Source of the DNA: an uncultured bacterium
GTDB lineage: Bacteria > Verrucomicrobiota > Verrucomicrobiia > Verrucomicrobiales > V1-33
Assembly (NCBI GenBank): GCA_903936775.1
Contig: CAIZWU010000201.1
Location: 2,992 to 66,991, forward strand
DNA: 64,000 nt
Reading direction: 5' to 3'
Shown one piece after another: positions 41,975 to 49,655 of this stretch; within the stretch, counting starts at the first letter, position 1, and each line of letters opens with the position of its first letter. Both the position numbers and the translations under genes were made by a program. The notes below the pieces were generated by a model. That model saw only the letters and a list, made by a program, of their open reading frames with translations, had not been told where the DNA came from and made no database searches.

Positions 41975-43825
41975 TCAAACAGCTGCGGCGGGCGGCTGAT
42001 CGACGGCGGCGGCTTCCCTCAATAGAGCCGTCAGGGCCCCTCCAGCTTCGCCGAGGCGGGTGAAGACTGCCGTGGCCCCGGCTTCGAGCAGCGGACTGGC
42101 ATCGGCCACGTCCTCCGGCACTCCCCACCGTCCGACATAAATGCGCAGACGGGGGAATAAAGTGCGCAGACGACGGAGTTGCAGGCGCGCCGTGTCGTGG
42201 CTCCCGGGCGGGGTGGCACTGATGAGGATGGCGGCGGGGTGGCGGGCTTCGATTTCCGCGTGGAACTCGCTGGTAAGGCGTTGTCCCGGCACCACTTCAA
42301 ACTGCAGCCCGGCCGGCAGGAGCAGCCCGAAGCAGCGCAGGGCGGCCTCGTCGGCGGCCCCACCCAAGGACCAGCCGAGCAGGAGTGGGCGGCTAGGATC
42401 CGGGGGTGGGGCTTCCGGGGAAGGCAGCGCCCCGGTCGTAATCCGCAGCATGGATTCATGCAGCCGTTGCTCCTCGGCATCGGTGAGGCGGTCGTGACTG
42501 GACTCCCGCCTGGCGAGCGCGATGGCCGGAAGGACGGTTTCGTCCACGACTTCGGTGGGGGATTTCCGTTTTAACTCCGCGGTGAGGAATTCCTCGGCTT
42601 CGGCCTCATCACCCGCGACGAGCCGTTGGTAGAGCACCATGAAGGGTTTTAATTTGGGATTGTCCCCCATGAGAATCTCCACCCACTCCAATGACGGGAT
42701 ATGCCGGGCCATCACCACGAAACAAACCGTCAGAGGGGTGGCCATGACAAGGCCGATGGCACCCCAGAGCCAGGTCCAGAAAACGATCGCGACGAGCAGG
42801 GCAAACTCGGAGACTCCCACGCTATGCCCATAGAGCAGGGGCTCCAGAATCATGTTGGTGATCAGTTCAAGGACTACGATGAGGCCGATCACCATCAGGG
42901 GATGCTGCCAATCGGGGAAGACGGCGAGACTGAGGGCGGAGGGCAGGACCGCCACCGCGATCGGACCGATATAGGGAATAAACCGGAAGAGCGCGGCCAG
43001 CACGCCCCAGAGCACCACGTAAGGCAGGCCGATGAAATACAGGCCGGTGGCGAGCACGATGCCATAGAGTCCGTTGATCAGGGCCTGCATGAGGAGATAC
43101 CGGCCCACCCGGTCACCGGTTTCATCCAGCGCCTGGGTGACAACCGTGAGGTGGCGGAAGCCTGCGAGGCGCATCACCCGGTTGCGCAATTCCTGCTGGC
43201 GCAGCAGCATGAAAATGACAAAAACCACCACCGTGGCGGCATTTCCCAGCACCTCTCCCACGGTGCCCAGGGCTCCTCCGAGCAGGCCGGAAGTCTGCGG
43301 GGATTCCACCGGAGGGATGGGTTGGGCCAGCGTCGGCTCCGGAGAAGGCGGCGGGGAGGCGGGGGCAGCCGGGGCCGGTTCCGCCACGGCCGGCGGGTCA
43401 CCCTCTTTGGGAGGCACGGCTTTGGAGGCCTCTTCGGTGGTTTTCTCAATGGTGATGCGGATATCCTGCAGATTTTCCATCACCCCGCCGCGCCCGCTTT
43501 GATGGAAGGAGACAATGCGGTCATGGATATTTTCCTTGTAGTTGGGCAGACTGGTGGCCAGCGAACTGAACTGCTGCCCGATCACCCAGCCGATGGCCCC
43601 CAGGAGGGAGAACACCGACAGGGTCACCAGCACCACTGCAAGAGCGCGCGGCAGGCGCAGACGGTGCAGGGCATTGACGATGGGATTGAGGAGAAAGGCA
43701 AAGAGCACAGCCAGCCCCAGGGGCATCAGCACTGCTTTGCCAAAATAGAAAATCACCACCAGCAGCACGCCGGTAACCAATCCGGGGAGCGGAACCATGC
43801 GGCTTTTTTTGATGGGGGAGGTCAT
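41975..43825 (-). CDS. AI-2E family (PerM/UPF0118) transporter with C-terminal B12-binding-like cytoplasmic domain
   Basis: Start set at the ATG at 43825 (MTSPIKKSRMVPLPGLVTGVLLVVIFYFGKAVLMPLGLAVLFAFLLNP...). It has a typical AI-2E core plus a ~230-aa tail. The tail has a helical cap and a Rossmann-like layout (LLLGWSLGGAADEAAL...AAILISATPP...RIYVGRWG...AGATAVF) resembling cobalamin-binding domains. It lacks the DxHxxG His ligand. Confidence 0.85.
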   Translation of the reverse strand: MTSPIKKSRMVPLPGLVTGVLLVVIFYFGKAVLMPLGLAVLFAFLLNPIVNALHRLRLPRALAVVLVTLSVFSLLGAIGWVIGQQFSSLATSLPNYKENIHDRIVSFHQSGRGGVMENLQDIRITIEKTTEEASKAVPPKEGDPPAVAEPAPAAPASPPPSPEPTLAQPIPPVESPQTSGLLGGALGTVGEVLGNAATVVVFVIFMLLRQQELRNRVMRLAGFRHLTVVTQALDETGDRVGRYLLMQALINGLYGIVLATGLYFIGLPYVVLWGVLAALFRFIPYIGPIAVAVLPSALSLAVFPDWQHPLMVIGLIVVLELITNMILEPLLYGHSVGVSEFALLVAIVFWTWLWGAIGLVMATPLTVCFVVMARHIPSLEWVEILMGDNPKLKPFMVLYQRLVAGDEAEAEEFLTAELKRKSPTEVVDETVLPAIALARRESSHDRLTDAEEQRLHESMLRITTGALPSPEAPPPDPSRPLLLGWSLGGAADEAALRCFGLLLPAGLQFEVVPGQRLTSEFHAEIEARHPAAILISATPPGSHDTARLQLRRLRTLFPRLRIYVGRWGVPEDVADASPLLEAGATAVFTRLGEAGGALTALLREAAAVDQPPAAAV

Positions 43826-44109
43826 ACTGGATAAAAAGTTAGATGGTGGACTCGGGGAGGGCTCGGCGCCCGAAGCAAAAGAGGCCGTCAGAAGGGCTGG
43901 GGCGGCCTTGGAGTGCGTTCCGGATGATCCCGGCACCGACCGCCAGGACGTCGTATTCCGCATCCTGGGTCAGGCGAGGATAGGTCTGGAGCAGGCCTTC
44001 GCGGGGCCACAGCACGATGTGGTGCATCCCGGACTTCACCGGCGCGGTGCAGCGGCAGCTGGTGCGGTGATGGATGTGCAGACGGCTCATCGCAGGGCAG
44101 GGGGATGGA

Positions 44110-44961
44110 TCAGGCGGGCTCCAGACTGGTGGCCGTGGCCTGCAATTGCTCAGGACTCATTTTTTGGTAGGAGGAATCAAGGGCGTGGCAGGATACCTCC
44201 TGACGGGTCAGCAGCAACGGTCCGAAAGCCGTGCAGACCGAACAGTCCGACGCATCCCGTCCCGTCCCGATCCGGACTACCCCGTCCGGCGAGGAGAGGC
44301 TGGTGGCGTCCCAGAAGAGCCAGCGCCCGCCGATCCAGGTTTCGAAGCAGGCATGGAAATCCTGGGGTTCCAGGGCATGCGCATAACCGGTGAAGTAACG
44401 CGCCGGCACATTCATGGCACGGCACAGGGCGATGCCGAGATGGGCGAAATCCCGGCAGACTCCGGCGCGCTCCACGAGGGAATCGACTGCGGAGGTGCCG
44501 GCGTTGGTGGAACCGCTGACATACGTCAGCCGGCTGGAAATCCAGTCCACCACGGCGCGGACCTTGGCCTCCGGGGACATCAGATGGCCGAACATATCAT
44601 ACGTCAGGCGGCCCAGCCGGTCTGACTGGCAATACCGGCTGGGATAAAGGTACGGCAGGATGGCGGCGGCAAAGGAACCCGGCCCTTCGTCCACCAGGGT
44701 TCCTGCGGGGATAGCCTCCGCCTGCACGTCCACGGTGGCTTCATAGCGGATCGTGTAGAGGCCGGGCTGGAAAACCTGCAGCCGGTCAAACGGAGTTCCG
44801 GTCGCGGTGCAGAGTTGGATCTGGTGTTCGATTCCGGGGGGGATCTGCAGGTTTTCATGGGCCAGGCTCTGGCCGCAACCCTGACGGACCCGGATGCTAA
44901 GAATAAACGTCACCGGGACGGTGACTTCATAGGCCAACAGGGCAGTGACGGCGAAGGTCAT
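44110..44961 (-). CDS. transglutaminase-family protein (Cys-His-Asp core)
   Basis: Start set at the ATG at 44961 (MTFAVTALLAYEVTV...). The nucleophile block is RAGVCRDFAH, followed by FHACFETWIGGRWLFWDAT (His/Asp). The 213 upstream codons of the tracked ORF overlap the YihY remnant and look non-coding. Confidence 0.85.
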   Translation of the reverse strand: MTFAVTALLAYEVTVPVTFILSIRVRQGCGQSLAHENLQIPPGIEHQIQLCTATGTPFDRLQVFQPGLYTIRYEATVDVQAEAIPAGTLVDEGPGSFAAAILPYLYPSRYCQSDRLGRLTYDMFGHLMSPEAKVRAVVDWISSRLTYVSGSTNAGTSAVDSLVERAGVCRDFAHLGIALCRAMNVPARYFTGYAHALEPQDFHACFETWIGGRWLFWDATSLSSPDGVVRIGTGRDASDCSVCTAFGPLLLTRQEVSCHALDSSYQKMSPEQLQATATSLEPA

Positions 44962-45023
44962 AATGAAAAGGAATGGGGGTGAGGGAATGCGTGAGCAGTG
45001 GAATAAAGGAGTCAGGGGAAAAA

Positions 45024-45691
45024 TCAGCGTCGGCCCGGGGCAGGGTGGAGACAGCGTGAACCACTGCGGCGCGCATACATTTCGGAAAATTCTGCGCCGA
45101 AGGAGAGTCTTTGAGCGGAGTGATACACCCACCCCAGCAGGAGGGCGAGGGAACTGGCAGCCCCGGACGAGGAGGCCGGCACCGCCCGGGCGACGGATTG
45201 CTCCCTCGCCAGCTTTCCGAGGGAGAAAAGGACCGCTGCAAGGGCCCCTTCGACCCTGACATCCCGCCACTGGATCGTCGTGGCCGGCAGGTATTTGAAC
45301 ATGGCGGAAAATAAAGTGGTGATGACGGCCAGCGGGAGAAGTTGGTGGGGGGACTGCAGCAGCGGAAGGCCAGGCAGGTGCTGCATGGCATAATTCCCCA
45401 GCTGGCGCAGGGCCGCAGTGGTAATCATGGAGACCATCAGCAGGAAGCATACCCCCATCACCATGCCGATGGAGAGAAAACGTGCCCGGATCAAGGTCAA
45501 GAGGCCTCTCCCGGTTTTGGCCTTGGCCCCCAGACCAGTCCCGCGATGGAAATGGCTGCCAGCAGCAGCGGCGGGAGGAAAAATATGCTGTAGCAGGCAA
45601 ACGCGGCGGCCAGATGCATCGCGTGGTCCGATTGCCATTCGGCGGCGGTTTCCTTGAACCGCGAGGGAAGCGATTTGAAAAATTGCTTCAT
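45024..45691 (-). pseudogene. YihY/BrkB-family membrane protein pseudogene (frameshift, probable internal deletion)
   Basis: The N-terminus MKQFFKSLPSRFKETAAEWQSDHAMHLAAAFACYSIFFLPPLLLAAISIAGLVWGPRPKPG then hits a stop (ORF 45497..45691). The continuation RGLLTLIRARFLSIGMVMGVCFLLMVS...FKYLPATTIQWRDV...LLLGWVYHSAQRLSFGAEFSEMYA is in another frame (ORF 45024..). The 1-nt shift lies within CCGGGAGAGG (plus-strand 45505-45514). The ~70-aa TM2 region normally found between GLVxG and KPKPG appears to be missing. Confidence 0.55.
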
Positions 45692-47084
45692 ACCGGAACA
45701 GGTTGGGGCTTGGGGCCGGCCCGCGACGGCACTGGGAGGGCATCAAGGCTCCAGGTGGCGACCTTTTGCAGGGTAAGAAGCTGATCGTGATAATCCTTCA
45801 GGGTGGAACGATGGCCGGCACTGACATAAGTCACCCGGTTTTTCTGAAGGAGTTGATAAAGCCTGGTTTCGTTGGCCTCATCCAGCGCACTGGTGGCTTC
45901 ATCAAGGAAGGCGATGGATGGTTTGCGCAGCAGCAGAAGGGCGAACGGGATGCGCTGCTGTTCACCAATCGACAGGACATTGGTCCAGTCCACCGTGCGG
46001 TCGAAGTCGCCATCCACCCGGTCGACGACTTCGGAGAGGTTGACCGCTTTGAGCGCTGCGGTGATTTGGGCAGTATCGAGGTCCTCATTTTGTCCCGGGT
46101 AAAGGAGTTGGTCCCGCAGGCTGCCCTGCACCATGAAGGGCCGCTGGGGCAGGAACATCATCGGGGCGGGCGCAGGACGGGTGATGGAGCCCGATCCGGT
46201 ATTCCAAAGCCCCGCAATGGTGGGCAGCAGGGAGCTTTTGCCGGAACCACTGGGTCCCATTAAAAGGATGCTGATACCGGTTTTCAGGTTGAGATTGAGC
46301 TCCTTCAGCAGCGTCTTGGATCCATCGGGGGTCTGCACGTCGAGATCGGCCAACTGCAGACGGTTTCCTGCCACCCTGACGTCGATCTGACCGGGCTCAT
46401 CACTACTGGTGGAAGCGATGTCAATATCGCGCTCCTCTTCCTGATCCTGTTCCGTGAGTCCGGTCCAGAGGGCATCGATCCGGGTGACGCCGGCGGCAAA
46501 ACCGCTCAACCGTTCGAATTGCGCGATGATCAGGGAAGTTGCTGCCAGTACTCCGGCAAAGGCCCCGCCGGCCTGCAGCACAGTGTCCATTTGGATTTTC
46601 CCGGTAAATTACAACAGCGCCACCACCAGGGTGGGCAGAATCAGGGAAAAATAGTTATAACGGGTGGTGAAAGAGGCCAGATTCCGGTTCCATCCGATCA
46701 GCCGGGTGGTGTTTTCAAAAATGTTGGCAAACTTGGAGATCAAGGCGCGGTGTTCCCGCTGTTCGCCTCGGTAGAAGGCGATGGCTGCAGCGTTGTCCCA
46801 CACGCGGACCATGGCATAACAGAAATTCCCCTCTTTTTCATACTGATGGTAATAGATGCCAACCAGCCTCCCTCGCGGTCCCGTTGCGTGAGGGCATCGA
46901 TAAAGTCCCGCGCCACATAACTCATAAGAACCTGCACAAGGGCCACCGCGATGGCAAACCCAAGCAAAAGGCCCAGCAACAGCCGGGCCTGCTTTTTCTG
47001 CTCTGAACGGAAAAACGGGGCAATGGTTCCCTTGATCCGGGAAATGGTGTGACGGTCGAAGGTGGGTTCAGGACCGGGAGTCAT
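45688..47084 (-). pseudogene. ABCD/YddA-type fused permease-ATPase ABC transporter pseudogene
   Basis: The gene is in three pieces. Piece 1 is the N-terminal TMD start (ORF 46740..47084: ...LLLGLLLGFAIAVALVQVLMSYVARDFIDALTQRDREGGW). A frameshift near 46855-46870 leads to piece 2, VGIYYHQYEKEGNFCYAMVRVWDNAAAIAFYRGEQRE...LILPTLVVALL. An in-frame TAA at 46606-46608 then precedes piece 3, FTGKIQMDTVLQAGGAF...NBD (ORF 45688..46590). The central TMD block is absent. The NBD keeps Walker A GPSGSGKSS and Walker B IAFLDEATSALD, but the signature is degraded (LSIGEQQR). Confidence 0.6.
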
Positions 47085-47189
47085 GCGCTGTCAGGCGGGC
47101 AGAGGTGAAACTCAAAAAATAGGTTGGCCCGGCTCCCTGTCGGTTGGGGGGGAATGCCGACAACGGAACCGGGCCGCCCGCAGCAGGGG

Positions 47190-48377
47190 TTATCTGCGGG
47201 AACTCTTTACGAGAAGCATGGCTCCGAGGGCGAGGGCGACGCCCCCGGCGATGACGAGAGCGGGTTCTTCCTTGGCGAATTCACGGGCCTTCCGGTAACC
47301 GGCTTCGGCATCCTCGCGGATTTGGCGGGCGGTCTCCGCCGCACAGTCCACGCCTTCGGCCACGGAATCACGGGCGCATTCGTAGGCCTCCCGGACCGAG
47401 TCCGCCGTCGCAGTGGTGGACTTGCCGAACTGTGAAGCCGCGGCCCGGCCCTCGTCAGCCACGCTGGCAGCGGTGGAGTGGATGGACTCCCGGAGGTCAC
47501 GGCCAGCCGCCGCAGCGGCACTGAAGCCATTGGCTGCGTAGCGGCGGGTTTCTTCCAGCCGGTCCTTCACCGCTTCAACTTTGGAGTGGGCGTATTCCTC
47601 GATGCGATCCCGGGAGGGAGTGCCCTTGGCCCGCTGCCAAGCCACATAAAGCGCCCCGAGGCCGAGAATGGCACTGGGCACGGGATGACGGCGGGGGAAG
47701 GCGGCGGCGGCACCGATGGCCCGGCCGGCGAGCGCCCGGTTCCGTGGGGTCAGGACCGTATCCACCCATGCGAGGGCAGCACTGAAGAAGACACCGGCAT
47801 CGAAATTCCGGCCGATCGAGTCAGCGGTGTCCTGCATCGCTTGGCCAACTCGGCGGGCTTGGGTTTCGACGGTGCCGGCGGTCTGATGCAAGGTGTTTTG
47901 AAGATTCTGGCGGGTGTTCATAGGATTGGGGAGCGGGTAGGGGGTGGGTGGGGGGACGAGGACGGAAGTCACGGGTTGGTGGGTGAGGGCGGCGGCAGTA
48001 TGTTTTAACGTCCGCAAGGTCACGTCGGGAGTCAGGCTTTCCGCACGCAGTTGGCGGCCACTGCGGCGGAAAACGAGCCCGCCGGCGAGGGAGGTGAGCA
48101 GCGTCAGCAAAAGAGCTGACGCCCCGGCGGCATCCAGCGGCTGCCACCCGGCCCGGGTGACCAGCGCCTGACTCATCAGGAGGATGCAGCCTGCCAGCAG
48201 CAGCAGGAGGGCGGTGAAGGCGGTGAGCCCCCCTGCCGCAATCCAAATCGACTGCTGCCGGGTATGGGTCGCTTTCCCCGCAATCTCCTGACGAAACAGC
48301 GTCCAGTGTCCCGCCGCGAGTGATTTGAACTCCGTGGTGAGAGTGCGGAAGTTTGAGAGAAGACCGGGGGCAGACAT
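47190..48377 (-). CDS. membrane protein fusing a YqjE/Holin-X (DUF1469)-like N-terminus to a YqjD/ElaB (DUF883)-like C-terminus
   Basis: 395 aa. The N-terminal ~130 aa have the two-TM Holin-X-like layout. The C-terminal ...YRKAREFAKEEPALVIAGGVALALGAMLLVKSSRR mirrors the YqjD/ElaB tail-anchor (ENPW..G.GAA.G...G.LLSRR). The middle is helical and Ala/Arg/Glu-rich. Confidence 0.7.
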   Translation of the reverse strand: MSAPGLLSNFRTLTTEFKSLAAGHWTLFRQEIAGKATHTRQQSIWIAAGGLTAFTALLLLLAGCILLMSQALVTRAGWQPLDAAGASALLLTLLTSLAGGLVFRRSGRQLRAESLTPDVTLRTLKHTAAALTHQPVTSVLVPPPTPYPLPNPMNTRQNLQNTLHQTAGTVETQARRVGQAMQDTADSIGRNFDAGVFFSAALAWVDTVLTPRNRALAGRAIGAAAAFPRRHPVPSAILGLGALYVAWQRAKGTPSRDRIEEYAHSKVEAVKDRLEETRRYAANGFSAAAAAGRDLRESIHSTAASVADEGRAAASQFGKSTTATADSVREAYECARDSVAEGVDCAAETARQIREDAEAGYRKAREFAKEEPALVIAGGVALALGAMLLVKSSRR

Positions 48378-48413
48378 GACAGCAGAGGATGTGTTGGCGA
48401 CCTGTGGGGACGT

Positions 48414-48872
48414 TCAGATCCTGGGAGAACCAAAAGCACGCTTGGCTTCGTCTGCAGCCTCGGTGGTGCCTTCCTTGACTTCGCTGGCGGCCTGTTTCAG
48501 GCCATCGCGGAATTTTTCCGCACCATCGCGGAGGTGATCCCCGACGCTTTCGACGCCCCCGGCGACCCGGTCCTTGAGCCGGCCGGCTTTATCACGCAGG
48601 GTCTCGACGCCGTCGTCAAACCGGTCACGCAGACTGGAAGCCTCCTCGCGGGCGGCCCGGCCCAATTGCTGGGTCTTGCGGCTGAACCGGTCGTAGGCGT
48701 GGTCGGTGGCATCATCCAACTCATCCATGATGGGGCGGAGTTGGCGATGGTAGCGCTTTTCAAAAGCAAGGGCGGTCAGAGCAGCGACACCGGTGGCGAT
48801 GACGCCGAGCAGCACTTTGGTAGTGGGGTCGGTTTTCATGGGTGGAGTGGGTAGGGAATAGGGCTTGGACAA
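48414..48872 (-). CDS. membrane-anchored coiled-coil stress protein (YtxH-like)
   Basis: 152 aa. It has one N-terminal TM (VLLGVIATGVAALTALAF) followed by a charged helical repeat region (RDRFDDGVETLRDKAGRLKDRVAGGVESVGDHLRDGAEKFRDGLK). The start may be the internal ATG at 48839. Confidence 0.7.
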   Translation of the reverse strand: MSKPYSLPTPPMKTDPTTKVLLGVIATGVAALTALAFEKRYHRQLRPIMDELDDATDHAYDRFSRKTQQLGRAAREEASSLRDRFDDGVETLRDKAGRLKDRVAGGVESVGDHLRDGAEKFRDGLKQAASEVKEGTTEAADEAKRAFGSPRI

Positions 48873-48887
48873 GACAGGGGGGCGTTC

Positions 48888-49100
48888 TTAGTTTTTGATG
48901 TCCCGGACGGTGTCCTTGACGCTGTCGCCGATTTTTTCGGCGGGGGAGCGGGGCTCGACGGCATCTTTGATGTCGCGGCCGGCTTCGCGGATGGAATCCC
49001 CGGCTTTATCGATCGGGTTGCGCCGGTCATAGGCCACGAAGGCGAGCACAGCGACGGCGATAACCAGGAACGCGATGATAAGATTGGTGTTGGATTTCAT
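48888..49100 (-). CDS. small membrane-anchored protein with an internal 14-residue repeat
   Basis: 70 aa with one TM (LIIAFLVIAVAVLAFVAY). Two copies of a repeat follow: AGDSIREAGRDIKD and IGDSVKDTVRDIKN. It is co-oriented and tightly spaced with the stress genes. Confidence 0.6.
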   Translation of the reverse strand: MKSNTNLIIAFLVIAVAVLAFVAYDRRNPIDKAGDSIREAGRDIKDAVEPRSPAEKIGDSVKDTVRDIKN

Positions 49101-49174
49101 GGAATTCGTTGTGGTTGGACATTCCGCTGGGGGGGCACGTCCCGTGGCCGCAGGACCGCCGCCGCTGATCCGCT

Positions 49175-49336
49175 TCAGATCGATTTTTTACCCCGGATCA
49201 GGGAGAGCACGAAGAGGATGAGGAAGATCACGAAACAGACTTGGGCGACGGTGGCCGCCGCACCGGCAAGGGCACCGAATCCGAGCACCCCGGCAATGAG
49301 GGCTACAACGATGAAAGTAAGGGTCCAGGAGAGCAT
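49175..49336 (-). CDS. UPF0391/DUF1328 small membrane protein
   Basis: The sequence from the internal ATG at 49336 is MLSWTLTFIVVALIAGVLGFGALAGAAATVAQVCFVIFLILFVLSLIRGKKSI (53 aa). This matches the DUF1328 pattern ML.WA..FL.IALIAA.LGFGG.AG.A. The longer 146-aa tracked ORF upstream looks non-coding. Confidence 0.8.
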   Translation of the reverse strand: MLSWTLTFIVVALIAGVLGFGALAGAAATVAQVCFVIFLILFVLSLIRGKKSI

Positions 49337-49517
49337 AAGATAGGAGGAGTTGGGGTGCTGGCGGAGGGCGCCGGAAGAGGAAGTCCGGCCGGTGTGCCGC
49401 CAAGTCTGATTTTGCAGGAGTGGTGCCACCGGGGCGCGGCTCCACCAATTCCTCTGATTTTCAACGACATACAGGAGATGCCAAAGGGAGGTGTGTTCAC
49501 GCCCTGACAGAAGGCCC

Positions 49518-49559
49518 TTGCATTCTGCCATGCCGCGGGAGATTGGATTTGCATTCTGC
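49518..49559. promoter_or_regulatory. two exact copies of TTGCATTCTGC spaced 31 nt start-to-start in a divergent intergenic region
   Basis: Copies at 49518-49528 and 49549-49559, read directly from the sequence. They lie between the DUF1328 gene (minus) and the CHASE3 kinase (plus). The spacing is about three helical turns. Confidence 0.3.
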
Positions 49560-49622
49560 GAGGAAAGGGGAAAACATAAACTTCGCACGCTCTTCGGGCC
49601 TGCCCACGGCTCCACCCCCTCA

Positions 49623-49655
49623 CCCCAAAGTCCGTGTCCCCAAAGCCCGTGTCCC
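49623..49655 (+). repeat. 15-nt tandem duplication CCCCAAAG(T/C)CCGTGT x2 (+CCC) at the predicted kinase start
   Basis: The units are 49623-49637 and 49638-49652 and differ at one base. The duplication creates two equivalent GTG start candidates, at 49634 and 49649. Confidence 0.5.

Noticed and set aside
43839-44090. 83-aa minus ORF containing AEYDVLAVGAGIIR, reminiscent of an FAD/NAD-binding GxGxxG N-terminus (possible fifth gene remnant).
   Set aside because: Only ~14 residues resemble the motif, and the last Gly is Arg. No continuation is recoverable in any frame. This is too little evidence to call a pseudogene. blastx of 43826-44109 would settle it.
44962-45600. 213-codon N-terminal extension of the transglutaminase ORF (tracked as 496 aa).
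   Set aside because: The extension is Pro/Arg/Gly/Cys-rich and overlaps the YihY remnant in another frame. The family-typical protein (~280-290 aa) begins at the ATG at 44961.
49101-49633. Sigma54 (-24 GG / -12 GC) promoters near the NtrC-type regulator's neighbours, including the TTGCA inside the 11-nt repeats.
   Set aside because: Spacing to the nearest upstream GG is 11 nt rather than 10, and the TGGCAC consensus is absent. No convincing element exists on either strand.
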